Notes under the pieces: model-generated | Told to the model about the DNA's origin: nothing | Databases searched by the model: none | Seen by the model: the letters and a program-made list of their open reading frames with translations, nothing else | Position numbers and translations under genes: made by a program | In this document: in pieces, positions 47,105-56,656 of the stretch | Position numbering within the stretch: position 1 is the first letter of the stretch | How the letters are laid out: each line of letters begins with the position of its first letter | From: Candidatus Harrisonbacteria bacterium | Lineage (GTDB): Bacteria > Patescibacteriota > Minisyncoccia > UBA6257 > 02-FULL-45-10c | NCBI GenBank assembly: GCA_016214655.1 | Contig: JACROC010000006.1 | Span: 21,377 to 85,376, forward strand | DNA: 64,000 nucleotides | Direction of reading: 5' to 3'

Positions 47105-47365
47105 ATGGCTGCGCCGCTGATAAGTTTGATTTGTCTGATTTTCGGAATGACGCACCAGATAAAAATTATCATAGACAAAGGACATTGTGAGGAGCTGTCC
47201 TTGCCAAGGATTTTTTTGGGAACTTTTTCCGGAGTGGTCTGGGTGCTTTACGGACTGGAGCTTGGCAATAACTGGATGATTGCGCTGAATGTAGTCGGAA
47301 TTATTATGAATTTGGCTTTGATGTCGATTATCTTCCATTTGCGTAAAAAACTTCCACCTCAATAA
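47105..47365 (+). CDS. SemiSWEET-like (MtN3/PQ-loop) small sugar transporter
   Basis: 86 aa, 3 predicted TM. LIFGMTHQIKIIIDKGHCEELSLPRIFLGTFSGVVWVLYG parallels the SemiSWEET PQ-loop region (PQV.RV..TK...DIS...Y....G...W..YG) with HQ in place of PQ. Confidence 0.45.
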   Translation: MAAPLISLICLIFGMTHQIKIIIDKGHCEELSLPRIFLGTFSGVVWVLYGLELGNNWMIALNVVGIIMNLALMSIIFHLRKKLPPQ

Positions 47366-47495
47366 GGCGGATTTTGTTTTGGGGATTGCGCCCTCCTGAT
47401 CAGGACGCGGGTGTTTATAGAATCATCTTTTTTGAAATGGAGCCGGCCAATTTCGGATTCAATCGGGCAGTTTATTATGATGCGCCGTTAGATTT

Positions 47496-47521
47496 AAAAA
47501 GTAGCGTTTAACGCTACTTTT
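47496..47521. terminator. bidirectional terminator between convergent genes
   Basis: aaaaa-gtagcg-tttaa-cgctac-tttt, with the A-run and T-run flanking a 6-bp GC-containing stem. Overlaps the stop of the minus-strand gene. Confidence 0.5.
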
Positions 47522-48350
47522 AATTTGTCTCACCGCCTTCTTTTATTTCAGAGATTCTTTTAATGGTGCGGTCGTAGACTTCGTCGTTTTCTATTGCGAT
47601 TCCCAAGCCTTTTATTTTGAGATCTTTTTGCGGGCCATTTTTGAAGGCGCCTAGGCGGGTGCTGAGGAAATCTGTGAGCTTTTCCAGCATTCCAGAAACT
47701 TTCATTAATTTATGATGTTGGTTTGTCGGGATTCCGCGCCGGGAAAAAGCCAGATGCAGCATTTCATGGGCTACTGTCCCATAAAAATAGACCCCGCTTT
47801 CTTCATAGGATATATCATTATTGATGCGGCGATAATAATTTTCCCAATGATAAAGCGTTTCAGCGATTTCCTCCACATATATTTCCGCGCGATTCTGGTT
47901 CAAAAAAGCTCTGCCCAGAATTCCTTGTGCCGAATCGATTATTCGGTTTTTATCGCTTTTACATTGTTTCCGGTCTTTTTTATTTTGATACCGGCTGCAA
48001 TCTTCGCGTAGTATTCTGTACTCTGATCGCAGATAGTCTTGATAAAGATTATTTGCCGGTTGTCCGAGGACGGCCGATGCCCGGCTTTCTATTACCTGGC
48101 GATTTTTTTCGCAGCGCGTCTTCTTTCCATTTTCGTATTGTTCGCAATCGCGCATGAGAAGCTGATAATAAAAATCCTCCTTTAGAAAAACGATTTCTGG
48201 TAGTGGAGTATTAGGAGGTAGATCCGTCAGTTTCAGGATTTTTTTCCAGGTGTCTTGGACTAATACCGTATCCACTTGCTCTTCATCGCAGCTGGCTAAG
48301 GTTAAAATTGGCAGAAGCAGTATAATCCGCCATATTTTTTTAAGGTGCAC
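47520..48350 (-). CDS. putative lipoprotein zinc metallopeptidase (HExxH)
   Basis: Signal peptide plus lipobox ILTLASC. HExxH in VAHEMLHLAF. GTG start. Confidence 0.4.
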   Translation of the reverse strand: MHLKKIWRIILLLPILTLASCDEEQVDTVLVQDTWKKILKLTDLPPNTPLPEIVFLKEDFYYQLLMRDCEQYENGKKTRCEKNRQVIESRASAVLGQPANNLYQDYLRSEYRILREDCSRYQNKKDRKQCKSDKNRIIDSAQGILGRAFLNQNRAEIYVEEIAETLYHWENYYRRINNDISYEESGVYFYGTVAHEMLHLAFSRRGIPTNQHHKLMKVSGMLEKLTDFLSTRLGAFKNGPQKDLKIKGLGIAIENDEVYDRTIKRISEIKEGGETN

Positions 48351-48420
48351 AGCGACTCCATTAATCAGCGCAGTTATTTAATCTATAACATATTCATTAG
48401 CGGCTCACAATTGAATTTTA

Positions 48421-48453
48421 ATAAAAATTAAATCCGCCCTTTTAGGGGCGGAT
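48421..48453 (-). terminator. rho-independent terminator (minus strand)
   Basis: On the minus strand: atccgccc-ctaaaa-gggcggat followed by ttaatttttatt. Confidence 0.5.
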
Positions 48454-48461
48454 AATAATGC

Positions 48462-49091
48462 TTACCAGCAATCTGACCAGTGGCCGTATTCGGTGTCGGC
48501 GTGAATATTTGGTGGAAGTTTGGAGGAAGATTTATTTTTTCCTTCCGTCTTTTCATCTTTATAAATGCCATAGTCCAAAAACTGGAGGGAAAGATATTTT
48601 GCTAAGCCGTCATGATGGAGTTTGAAATGGTCGCTGATAACGTCGATAACTTTGGATAAATATTGGCGATCCCGCATGATTCTATGCTGTTGTGTGGTCT
48701 CCTCGCGGACGTGGATTGCGTAGTGGAGCATTTCGTGGGCAACCGTGTTATAAAGCAATGCCTCGGCCTCATAATAGGATATGTCGTATCCGTATGCGGC
48801 ACCGTATTTGCCATATCGATCGCGGGAATTCCAAATATATTCCATTAGTTGGCCGATATAGATTTCTGCTTTGCGGCCATTCCAATAATATCGTCCATGG
48901 GCTTTTTCACCCATAACATCATTGCCATTAATGAATTCAATTACCGGTTTTGGCGTGTCCGGCGGCAATTCAGCAATTTTCATGACCTCCTGCCAGATGT
49001 GATCGATTAGCTGCTGATCAATTTCTTTCTCCTTGCAGTTTGCCCAAGCCAGGAGCGGAATAATCGGGAGTAGCCGTATTAGTTTTTTCAA
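48462..49091 (-). CDS. putative secreted zinc metallopeptidase (HExxH), paralog of the gene downstream on the same strand
   Basis: Signal peptide. VAHEMLHYAIH. Shares ELPPDTP / ELPPNTP and ...YNTVAHEMLH... blocks with ORF 47520-48350. TTG start. Confidence 0.4.
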   Translation of the reverse strand: MKKLIRLLPIIPLLAWANCKEKEIDQQLIDHIWQEVMKIAELPPDTPKPVIEFINGNDVMGEKAHGRYYWNGRKAEIYIGQLMEYIWNSRDRYGKYGAAYGYDISYYEAEALLYNTVAHEMLHYAIHVREETTQQHRIMRDRQYLSKVIDVISDHFKLHHDGLAKYLSLQFLDYGIYKDEKTEGKNKSSSKLPPNIHADTEYGHWSDCW

Positions 49092-49174
49092 GGCGCACTA
49101 CCTTTGAGTTGGTAATCCTAATTAAAATTTACTATATATTTTGGATTTTGTGAATAAAAATATTTTAGAGTACA

Positions 49175-49657
49175 ATGATTTGCATGGTTATTATCTTAGA
49201 TAATATCCGCAGCGTCCATAACGTAGGATCAATTTTCCGTACTGCCGATGCCGCGGGCGTTGAGAAAATTTATTTATGCGGCATTACACCGGAGCCGGTA
49301 GATCGCTTCGGTAGGCCACTGGAGCAATTTGTTAAAGTTTCTCTTGGAGCGGAGAAAACAGTGGAATGGCAAAAGATTAAAGTTATAAGTAAATTGATTG
49401 ATAAATTAAAAAAAGAAAACTATAAAATTTTTGCGGTAGAACAATCCAAAAAATCTATCCCGTTCTATACCCCTAACCCTAAACCCCATACCCTTAAAAA
49501 AACCACATTAGTTTTTGGTAACGAAGTAAAAGGAATTTCACCGGCGATTTTGAAGAAGGCGGATAAGATTTTGGAAATTCCGATGAGTGGCAGAAAAGAA
49601 TCTTTGAATGTGGCTGTCGCTTTCGGTATTGTTGTATTCGGTATTTTATATAAATAA
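49175..49657 (+). CDS. SpoU/TrmH-family RNA 2'-O-methyltransferase
   Basis: ILDNIRSVHNVGSIFRTADAAGV...LVFGNEVKGIS...LNVAVAFGIVVF (SPOUT motifs). Confidence 0.75.
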   Translation: MICMVIILDNIRSVHNVGSIFRTADAAGVEKIYLCGITPEPVDRFGRPLEQFVKVSLGAEKTVEWQKIKVISKLIDKLKKENYKIFAVEQSKKSIPFYTPNPKPHTLKKTTLVFGNEVKGISPAILKKADKILEIPMSGRKESLNVAVAFGIVVFGILYK

Positions 49658-49658
49658 C

Positions 49659-50126
49659 ATGACTGTGCTTAAAAAAATTTTTGTTAGCCTTGGTCTTTTT
49701 ACGGTTGTGGTGGTTTTGGGTGGGTTATACGGATTATTGTTGGGTAATAGGGACAGAAGGGAAGAGTTCAAAACTTTGATAATAGGCACGAATAAGTTTG
49801 AAATTGAAATTGCGGATAACGCCTTAGAACAAGCGCACGGACTTTCTGGTAGGGATTTTTTAGCAGATGATCGCGGTATGCTTTTCGTATTTGCAGATTT
49901 ATCCGTTCGAAGTTTTTGGATGGCGGGGATGAAATTTCCTCTGGACATTATTTGGATTAAGGGGGATAAGGTTGTCGGTTTCTCCGAGAATTTGCCGTTA
50001 GCTTCGGCCGCAAATGTCAAGATCTATTACTCACCGGAATCAATTGACAAGGTTTTGGAGATTAACGCCGGGTTAGTAAATAAGTTAGGAATTCGGGCGG
50101 GTGATGTTATTGGATTTGATCAGTGA
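49659..50126 (+). CDS. DUF192 (COG1430) family protein
   Basis: FEIEIADNALEQAHGLSGRDFLADDRGMLFVF...MKFPLDIIWI is the DUF192 signature. ATG at 49659, two nt after the trmH-like stop. Confidence 0.6.
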   Translation: MTVLKKIFVSLGLFTVVVVLGGLYGLLLGNRDRREEFKTLIIGTNKFEIEIADNALEQAHGLSGRDFLADDRGMLFVFADLSVRSFWMAGMKFPLDIIWIKGDKVVGFSENLPLASAANVKIYYSPESIDKVLEINAGLVNKLGIRAGDVIGFDQ

Positions 50127-50180
50127 TAATTTTTGTGATAATATACTAAAAATCCTTAAACATAAGGAGGTTCATTGAAA

Positions 50181-50669
50181 ATGAAATGGTTTGCGACTGG
50201 TTTGGCGGCAGTATCTTTTTTTATATTGGTTTCTTGCGTGCAGGCGGCGGAAACTTATATCCGTTTTGGTGAGGGTTATTTAGTCGGTTTGAGCAAGAAT
50301 CGGCTGGCGATTGGAAATTCCATCGGCGTCAATGTCACTGCCGGTTATCAGTTTTCCAAGAAAACCGCTCTGGAAGGTGACTATATAAATTATCGGCAGG
50401 GGCCGTCTGCTGGATTCGTCTCTCTCAATTTTTCTAGGCCCGATGGCGCTTGGCGTCCACGTTTGAATATGGGATTGGGTGCTATTGACCATAAGCTATT
50501 GGGGTTTGGCATTGCCGGAAAAGTTGGTGCGGGATTAAGTTATTTTTATCAGCCGATTTCCAGCCCGGAAATTGCGATTGGTTTTGAGACCTCTCTAATA
50601 AAAGGTACCGGTGGAGTAGGCAGCTTTCTTTATCTGAACAATGCTTTGATGTTCGCATTACATTTTTAA
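50181..50669 (+). CDS. hypothetical secreted protein
   Basis: RBS aaggagg. Signal peptide MKWFATGLAAVSFFILVSCVQA. Gly/Tyr-rich, beta-strand-like composition. Confidence 0.35.
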   Translation: MKWFATGLAAVSFFILVSCVQAAETYIRFGEGYLVGLSKNRLAIGNSIGVNVTAGYQFSKKTALEGDYINYRQGPSAGFVSLNFSRPDGAWRPRLNMGLGAIDHKLLGFGIAGKVGAGLSYFYQPISSPEIAIGFETSLIKGTGGVGSFLYLNNALMFALHF

Positions 50670-50678
50670 GTTTTCTGG

Positions 50679-50706
50679 CTCTTCGTTAAACCCGAAGAGT
50701 TTTTTA
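50679..50706 (+). terminator. rho-independent terminator
   Basis: ctcttcg-ttaaacc-cgaagag followed by tttttta. Confidence 0.55.
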
Positions 50707-50749
50707 TTTAAAGGCGTGGTATGGATGGTTTACGTGTTATATTAAAAAG

Positions 50750-51175
50750 ATGCGCCTGATTAGCAGACAAAAAAACCAATATTTCCTGCGTTTTGATTAC
50801 GGAGAGGACTTTTTAATGGAGTTCAAAAGATTTTTCTTAAACTATAAAATTGGCGGCGGCTGGGTTAGCGGATTGGGCTCCATGATCAATCCGGAGCTTG
50901 CTTATTATGATTTAGAAAAAGGAAAGTACCTTAATAAAAGATTTACAGGTAAGTTTGAAGTTTTAAATTTAACCGGCAACGCCGCTTATCTGGGCAAAAA
51001 TTTGGTTCTACACATTCACATTACCTTGAGTGGCAGAGATTATAAAGTGTTTGGCGGCCATTTAATTGACGGGAAGGTGGGCGGAACTTTGGAGGTGTTT
51101 TTAAATGCCGTATCCGGAACTAAGCGATTAAAGAAAAAACTTGATAGCGCCACTGGTTTGACGCTATTGTATTAG
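50750..51175 (+). CDS. PPC-domain (DUF296) protein
   Basis: FLRFDYGEDFLMEF...VSGLGSMINPEL...LHIHITLSGRDYKVFGGHLIDGKVGGTLEVFL matches the DUF296/PPC pattern. Confidence 0.5.
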   Translation: MRLISRQKNQYFLRFDYGEDFLMEFKRFFLNYKIGGGWVSGLGSMINPELAYYDLEKGKYLNKRFTGKFEVLNLTGNAAYLGKNLVLHIHITLSGRDYKVFGGHLIDGKVGGTLEVFLNAVSGTKRLKKKLDSATGLTLLY

Positions 51176-51190
51176 AACCGATAAGATTTC

Positions 51191-52390
51191 ATGCCTATTG
51201 AATCACAAAAGAAAATTTTAGGTTTGCGTCCGAATGTTTTCTGGCTGGGGCTGGTAAGCTTATTAAATGATTTTTCTTCTGAATTAATTTATTCGGTCAT
51301 GCCGGCTTTTTTGACCGCGGTTTTAGGTGCGCCCCCTATTTTAGTCGGTTTTATAGAGGGTTTTGCCGATGCCTTGGCGAGTGTTTTAAAGATTTATTCC
51401 GGCTGGTTTTCAGATAAAATCCGAAAGCGGAAGATTCTGGCAGTCACTGGTTATACAATTTCTACGGCTACGCGCTGGTTTTTAGCTTTAGTCGCTAATT
51501 TCTGGCAAGTGTTTATTTTACGCGCGATCGATAGAGTCGGTAAGGGACTTCGCGATTCGCCGCGAGATGCGCTTATTTCCGAATCCGTTGAAGTAAAAGA
51601 GTTGGGAAAATCTTTCGGTTATCATCGTGCGATGGATGGTGTGGGTTCTGCCCTTGGTCCTCTCTGTGCGGTTTTGCTTTTGCCGCTGATTCTGAATGAT
51701 TACCGGTTACTGTTTAAAATTGGATTTGTGGTGGGAATACTGTCGGTCTTAACCTTCATTTTTGTAAAGGATGTTAAAAAGGAAAAAACTTCAGAACCGG
51801 AAGAACCTCATCCGCCCTTCAGTTTTTCTTTAAGAGATTATAGCCATAATTTTAAAGTTTATATTGCGGCGGTTTTTGTTTTCGGTTTGGGGGTGATGCC
51901 GTTGGCGCTTTTATTATTGAAGGCGCAGGAGCTTGGTCTGAACAGCTACGCCATACCTTTGATGTATTTTATTTACAACCTCTCTTTTATTATTTTTGCC
52001 ATTCCGGCTGGAAAACTCGCTGATCGTCTTGGCGACAAAAAAATAATTGCCGGAGGATTTTTAGCCGCTGTCCTGGCATACTTGGAATTGGCATTTTTTG
52101 CTACCGTGCCAGCGGTTATTTTAGGATTTATTTTATTCGGGATCTATTCAGCCATGACTGATGGTGTAGAAAGGGCTTTTGCCGCTAAATTGGTTTCGTC
52201 TGATAAAATTGCGACCGGCCAGGGATTTTTGAATGCGGCCGTAGGAATTTCTTCGCTGCTGGCTGGTTTAGTTGGCGGAGCCATCTGGACCCAATTTGGA
52301 TCCAATACCGCTCTTTTATACGGCGCAGCTATGATGGTTGTTGGGCTATTAACATTTATTCATTTAAATAGGCATCAGAACAATGTATAA
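51191..52390 (+). CDS. MFS transporter
   Basis: 399 aa and 12 predicted TM helices. Loop 2-3 motif GWFSDKIRKRKIL and the MFS-like repeat in the second half. Confidence 0.6.
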   Translation: MPIESQKKILGLRPNVFWLGLVSLLNDFSSELIYSVMPAFLTAVLGAPPILVGFIEGFADALASVLKIYSGWFSDKIRKRKILAVTGYTISTATRWFLALVANFWQVFILRAIDRVGKGLRDSPRDALISESVEVKELGKSFGYHRAMDGVGSALGPLCAVLLLPLILNDYRLLFKIGFVVGILSVLTFIFVKDVKKEKTSEPEEPHPPFSFSLRDYSHNFKVYIAAVFVFGLGVMPLALLLLKAQELGLNSYAIPLMYFIYNLSFIIFAIPAGKLADRLGDKKIIAGGFLAAVLAYLELAFFATVPAVILGFILFGIYSAMTDGVERAFAAKLVSSDKIATGQGFLNAAVGISSLLAGLVGGAIWTQFGSNTALLYGAAMMVVGLLTFIHLNRHQNNV

Positions 52391-52396
52391 TAAGAT

Positions 52397-52807
52397 ATGG
52401 CCAATATACGGTACGTTTTAGGAGTCATCCTTCTTCTGTACGCGGCGGCATTTGTATTTTTTATTATTGATTGCCGAAGCGCGCCAGATTCGTGTTCCGG
52501 AGAAATTTATCTCACCGGATTGACGATCTTAGCGATTATAGGCGGCTTGGCTTTGTTTAAAAATTTTGCGCATATTGGTTATGCTATTGCCATGATACTG
52601 GGATTATTGGGCTTTGTTTATTCCTGGGCTTTTTACGCGCTCGGTTCCACTGAAACGAATTTACAGCCCGGTACCCTCACTGTCATTTTTCCGTCATTCT
52701 TTTTAATCTTTGGCTTTACCTTTACTTCTAGCGTCGTCGGTCTTATGAAAAAGCCGGCTGAGAAGTTGAAATTAGAATACAAAAAATTAAAGAAAAATAA
52801 TTTTTAA
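52397..52807 (+). CDS. hypothetical small membrane protein
   Basis: 136 aa with 4 hydrophobic segments and no motif. Confidence 0.3.
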   Translation: MANIRYVLGVILLLYAAAFVFFIIDCRSAPDSCSGEIYLTGLTILAIIGGLALFKNFAHIGYAIAMILGLLGFVYSWAFYALGSTETNLQPGTLTVIFPSFFLIFGFTFTSSVVGLMKKPAEKLKLEYKKLKKNNF

Positions 52808-52809
52808 TT

Positions 52810-53856
52810 ATGGAGAAATATCGCATTGCTATAAACGGATTTGGCAGAATTGGCCGGCTATTTTTCCGGCAGGCTTTTGGCAACAAAAATTTAAATATCG
52901 TAGCCATTAATGATCTCGGTGACATTGAAAACCTCGCTTATCTTTTAAAATATGATTCGGTTTATCGAACTTATGACAAATCGGTGGAATTCAAGCGGGA
53001 TCCAGGCGGGATTGGCGGGGAATTAATAGTTGATGGAAAAGTAATCAAGGTCATTCAAGAAAAAGATTTAACTAAATTGCCGTGGAAGGATTTAAAAATT
53101 GACGTGGCGGTGGAATCTACTGGCGCCTTTGAATCATTTGAGAGGGCTTCATTTCATGTGACTGCGGCCGGCGCCAGGCGGGTGGTAATTTCTGCTCCAG
53201 CTAAAGATGAGGAGGGTGTTGCCGGAGGTAAAACAATTTTGCTTGGAGTTAACGAAGATGAATTTAAAACCTGCAGGGTGTCTTCCAATGGTTCTTGCAC
53301 TACTAACGCCACTTCTCCGGTAGCGGCGATTATGCATGAGGAGATCGGGATTTTAAAGGCATTTTTGGCCACTACTCATGGTTATACCGCTACGCAGAAT
53401 TTAGTTGATGGTCCGACTAAAGGAAAAGATTTTCGTCGTGGCCGGGCAGCGGCAGTGAATATCGCCCCGTCTTTTACCGGAGCGGCGATTTCCGTAACCA
53501 GGGCGATTAAAGATTTAGAGGGAAAATTTGACGGTATTGCGTTACGCGTGCCGATTGTGACCGGTTCGCTTGGTGATTTTACTTTTCTTACTAAAAGAAA
53601 GACTTCCGCGGAGGAAGTAAATGATATTTTTAGAAAAGCCGCTGATTCAAAACGTTGGAAAGGAATTTTAAAAGTTAGCGAGGATCAGCTGGTTTCTTCG
53701 GATATTATCGGCGAATCGGTGGCTGCTATTGTGGATTTGCAATATACCAAAGTTGTTGACGATGATTTGGTGAAAGTTCTAGCTTGGTACGACAACGAAT
53801 GGGGTTATGTGACTACGTTAGTTACGCATGTATTAAGGGCAGCAGACGCAATTTAA
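52810..53856 (+). CDS. gap: glyceraldehyde-3-phosphate dehydrogenase (type I)
   Basis: RIAINGFGRIGRLFFR...SNGSCTTNATSPVAAIM (catalytic Cys) ...WYDNEWGY. Confidence 0.9.
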   Translation: MEKYRIAINGFGRIGRLFFRQAFGNKNLNIVAINDLGDIENLAYLLKYDSVYRTYDKSVEFKRDPGGIGGELIVDGKVIKVIQEKDLTKLPWKDLKIDVAVESTGAFESFERASFHVTAAGARRVVISAPAKDEEGVAGGKTILLGVNEDEFKTCRVSSNGSCTTNATSPVAAIMHEEIGILKAFLATTHGYTATQNLVDGPTKGKDFRRGRAAAVNIAPSFTGAAISVTRAIKDLEGKFDGIALRVPIVTGSLGDFTFLTKRKTSAEEVNDIFRKAADSKRWKGILKVSEDQLVSSDIIGESVAAIVDLQYTKVVDDDLVKVLAWYDNEWGYVTTLVTHVLRAADAI

Positions 53857-54308
53857 TGCTTGTTTACATTGGCGCTGATCATCGGGGATTTCCTTTAAAG
53901 GAATCCCTTAAAAAATATTTACAGGAAAATGGCTATGAGGCAGTTGATGTTGGGAATAAAAAATTAGATCCTAAAGACGATTATCCTGATTTTGCTTCTA
54001 AGGTTGCTAAAGAAGTCAGTTTAGACCCGGAACACTCTCGGGGTATTGTAATTTGCGGTTCTGGAGTCGGGGTTGATGTGGTAGCGAATAAATATCCGAA
54101 TGTCCGTTCAGCGCTGGCTGCCACGCCGGATCAGGCAATGGATTCCCGCAATGACGACGATACTAATGTCCTTGCTTTGGCGGCTAATTATTTAAGCGAG
54201 GACGAGGCGTTGAAGATTACCGAGGTTTGGCTGCAGACTGATTTTTCCGAGGAAGAGAGGCACTGGAGAAGATTGGGGAAGATTGAAAAAATTGAAGATA
54301 AGCTATAG
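53856..54308 (+). CDS. rpiB: ribose-5-phosphate isomerase B (RpiB/LacAB family)
   Basis: MLVYIGADHRGFPLKE...GIVICGSGVGVDVVANK...ALAANYL. ATG overlaps the gap stop (taATG). Confidence 0.75.
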   Translation: MLVYIGADHRGFPLKESLKKYLQENGYEAVDVGNKKLDPKDDYPDFASKVAKEVSLDPEHSRGIVICGSGVGVDVVANKYPNVRSALAATPDQAMDSRNDDDTNVLALAANYLSEDEALKITEVWLQTDFSEEERHWRRLGKIEKIEDKL

Positions 54309-55037
54309 TTTCTTATAGAGCTGCTTAAAAATCACTTTTTGGAAATCCGATAAGGCGGAATTTTCAATAATTATCGCCTGTTCGGTATTAAGATCAATAA
54401 AGGCTACCCGGTCCCGATAAATTATCTGGATAATGTTTTGATTGAAGAGATCAACTTCTGGCGGAATAAATTTGATAAAACGCTCCAATCGGGGGCGTTT
54501 TTGCTTGCCGGATATTGGATTGCTGATTACTAACCGTTCCAATCGTTTTTTGTCACGACGCTCACGATAATCTGGAGCTAAATAGCGATTTACCGCTGCC
54601 AGGTCGCGTTCTGAGGTATAACGGTAGAAGGTGTCTCTGGGCTTGCTATGATTAATGACATCGTCAAAAACTGCGCGGATTCCTTTTGGCCCGTGAAAAA
54701 TTCGCATGGAGCTGTTTACAGTTTCGGCATGGGAAAGGTCTTGATTTTTTATTGATCCAGCGAGACTTTCAAGGTTTTTGGTAAATAATTTTAAAATGCG
54801 CTGGCTGTTTTCGGGAACGTAATAATTTCTCTCCCCAATTTTTTTAGTTGAAATTAATTTTGCATCGAGTAAGGCGCGCAGTGCGCGATAGACTGCCGGC
54901 CGGTGGACTTTAGTTTTGGAAACTATTGCGGTAGCCAGCAGGGGACCGCTATTTTTTACTGCTTGGTAGATTTTATCGGTGTGTTTTGGGAACCCAAGCT
55001 GGATGAAAACTTGGGTGAGCTCTGTAATTTCTTTCAT
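54303..55037 (-). CDS. TrmB-family (sugar-responsive) transcriptional regulator
   Basis: N-terminal wHTH ...IYQAVKNSGPLLATAIVSKTKVHRPAVYRALRALLDAKLIS... plus a TrmB-like C-domain. Divergent from prs. Confidence 0.55.
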   Translation of the reverse strand: MKEITELTQVFIQLGFPKHTDKIYQAVKNSGPLLATAIVSKTKVHRPAVYRALRALLDAKLISTKKIGERNYYVPENSQRILKLFTKNLESLAGSIKNQDLSHAETVNSSMRIFHGPKGIRAVFDDVINHSKPRDTFYRYTSERDLAAVNRYLAPDYRERRDKKRLERLVISNPISGKQKRPRLERFIKFIPPEVDLFNQNIIQIIYRDRVAFIDLNTEQAIIIENSALSDFQKVIFKQLYKKL

Positions 55038-55044
55038 AATATGA

Positions 55045-55062
55045 GTGTACTTTATTTAGTAC
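55045..55062. promoter_or_regulatory. 18-bp palindromic operator-like site TGTACTTTATTTAGTACA (copy 1), between the TrmB-like gene and prs
   Basis: Perfect inverted repeat TGTACT / AGTACA. With flanks, 31 of 33 bp identical to the copy at 57095-57128. Confidence 0.5.
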
Positions 55063-55139
55063 ATATTTTCAAGTTTTTTTGCGGAAATTTAGCATATCTG
55101 ATATGCTCATGGGGTTGTTCTTTGAAAAGGAGGCAGGAA

Positions 55140-56132
55140 ATGAACCCGTCCCACGAAAACTTATTTGTTCTGGTTTCTTCGCCGCTAATGTATGATCTTG
55201 GCGAGGCAATCATACGGCATCTGGAGGGCCGTAAGATGCAGATGGCGCATCATCGGATTGAATACACCAGTTTTGCCAATGGCGAGTTTCTTCCATACAT
55301 TCCGCAGCCGATCCGCGGACAACATGCCTTTTTTCTTCATGGGCTTCAGCACCCCGATCCTAATTCGGCGGTTATGAAGATGCTTTTGACGGCCGATGCC
55401 ATGCGCCGCGCTTCAGTGGCGGGCATTACTTTAGTGACTCCGTATCTTCCATATTTGCGGCAGGATCGCAAAGACCGGGCGCGGGTGCCGATTTCAGCCA
55501 GGCTTCTCGCTGACTTGATTGAATCTAACCGGACAGTGAAGCAATTGATTACGATTGATATGCACGCTGAGCAGGAGCAGGGATTTTTCTCGATTCCGGT
55601 TGATAATTTAACCGGCGTTCGCCTGTTTTCGGAACACATCCGGGCGAAGTTCGGAGATGATGTCAAAAATCTGGTTGCGGTGGCGGCGGATTTCGGAGCT
55701 GCGGTGCGCACCCGGAGATTAGCGAGGGCGCTCGGTGATATTCCGGCTGCGATCTTTGAGAAGCGGCGGCCAACGCCGAATCAGGCAGAGATTGTTTCTG
55801 TTAATGGTACTAGTGTTGCGGGTAAAGAGGTGGTTATTTACGAAGACATGATTGATACCGGACATACTATTTTAGGAGTTATAAAGACTCTAAAAAATAT
55901 GGGTGCCCGGGGAGTTCATGTTTATGCGACTCATGGGATTTTTAGCGGCGGCGCTGAAAAACATTTTGCTGCTGAAGATTCTGCTGTTGTCTGCACTGAT
56001 TCGATTCCGCGAACGGTTGAATATTATCAGAGGGAGAAATGGCTGACCAGAATTCCGATTGACGCCTATTTTGCTGAAGCTATTTATGCGGCAACGCAGA
56101 TGGGCGGCAGCATCAGCAGGCTTGCGCAATGA
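55140..56132 (+). CDS. prs: ribose-phosphate pyrophosphokinase (PRPP synthase)
   Basis: RBS aaggagg, then MNPSHENLFVLVSS...YTSFANGEF...LITIDMHAEQ...YEDMIDTGHT. ATG at 55140. Confidence 0.85.
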   Translation: MNPSHENLFVLVSSPLMYDLGEAIIRHLEGRKMQMAHHRIEYTSFANGEFLPYIPQPIRGQHAFFLHGLQHPDPNSAVMKMLLTADAMRRASVAGITLVTPYLPYLRQDRKDRARVPISARLLADLIESNRTVKQLITIDMHAEQEQGFFSIPVDNLTGVRLFSEHIRAKFGDDVKNLVAVAADFGAAVRTRRLARALGDIPAAIFEKRRPTPNQAEIVSVNGTSVAGKEVVIYEDMIDTGHTILGVIKTLKNMGARGVHVYATHGIFSGGAEKHFAAEDSAVVCTDSIPRTVEYYQREKWLTRIPIDAYFAEAIYAATQMGGSISRLAQ

Positions 56133-56656
56133 ATCTCAAAGAATATATTCGCGATGTGCCGGATTTCCCAAGAAAAGGTATTTTGTTTAGGGATATTACA
56201 TCCTTACTGGAACAGCCGGAGGCATTTAGAGAAGTTATCAGAGAAATGTCAACTAAGTGGCGCGATAAGATTGACGTCATTACAGCCCTGGATGCCCGGG
56301 GCTTTATTTTCGGCGGGGCGCTTTCGGTAGAGCTTGGAGTTCCTCTGGTGCTTGCGCGAAAGAAAGGAAAATTGCCGGGAAAAACTGTGAGCGTTTCTTA
56401 CGGATTGGAATATGGCACTGATACTTTAGAGATGCATGCTGATTCTTTGACTTCGGGAATGCGCGTTTTGGTGGTTGATGATTTACTGGCAACCGGAGGT
56501 ACGGCAAGCGCAGCTTGCTCGCTTATCGAAAAATTAGGCGCAGAAGTAGCGGGATGCGCTTTTGTAATTGAACTAGAAGGATTGGGAGGCCGTGAGAATC
56601 TTAGCAAATATCAAATACAATCACTTGTGCGTTACACCGAGGAAACAAATGAATAA
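56129..56656 (+). CDS. apt: adenine phosphoribosyltransferase
   Basis: IRDVPDFPRKGILFRDITSLL...VLVVDDLLATGGTA (PRPP-binding motif). Confidence 0.9.
   Translation: MNLKEYIRDVPDFPRKGILFRDITSLLEQPEAFREVIREMSTKWRDKIDVITALDARGFIFGGALSVELGVPLVLARKKGKLPGKTVSVSYGLEYGTDTLEMHADSLTSGMRVLVVDDLLATGGTASAACSLIEKLGAEVAGCAFVIELEGLGGRENLSKYQIQSLVRYTEETNE

Noticed and set aside
47394-47405. 12-bp palindrome TCCTGATCAGGA right after the SemiSWEET-like gene as its terminator
   Set aside because: Zero-length loop means at most a 4-bp stem with GAUC loop. Too weak to call; the stronger bidirectional hairpin at 47496-47521 probably terminates both convergent genes.
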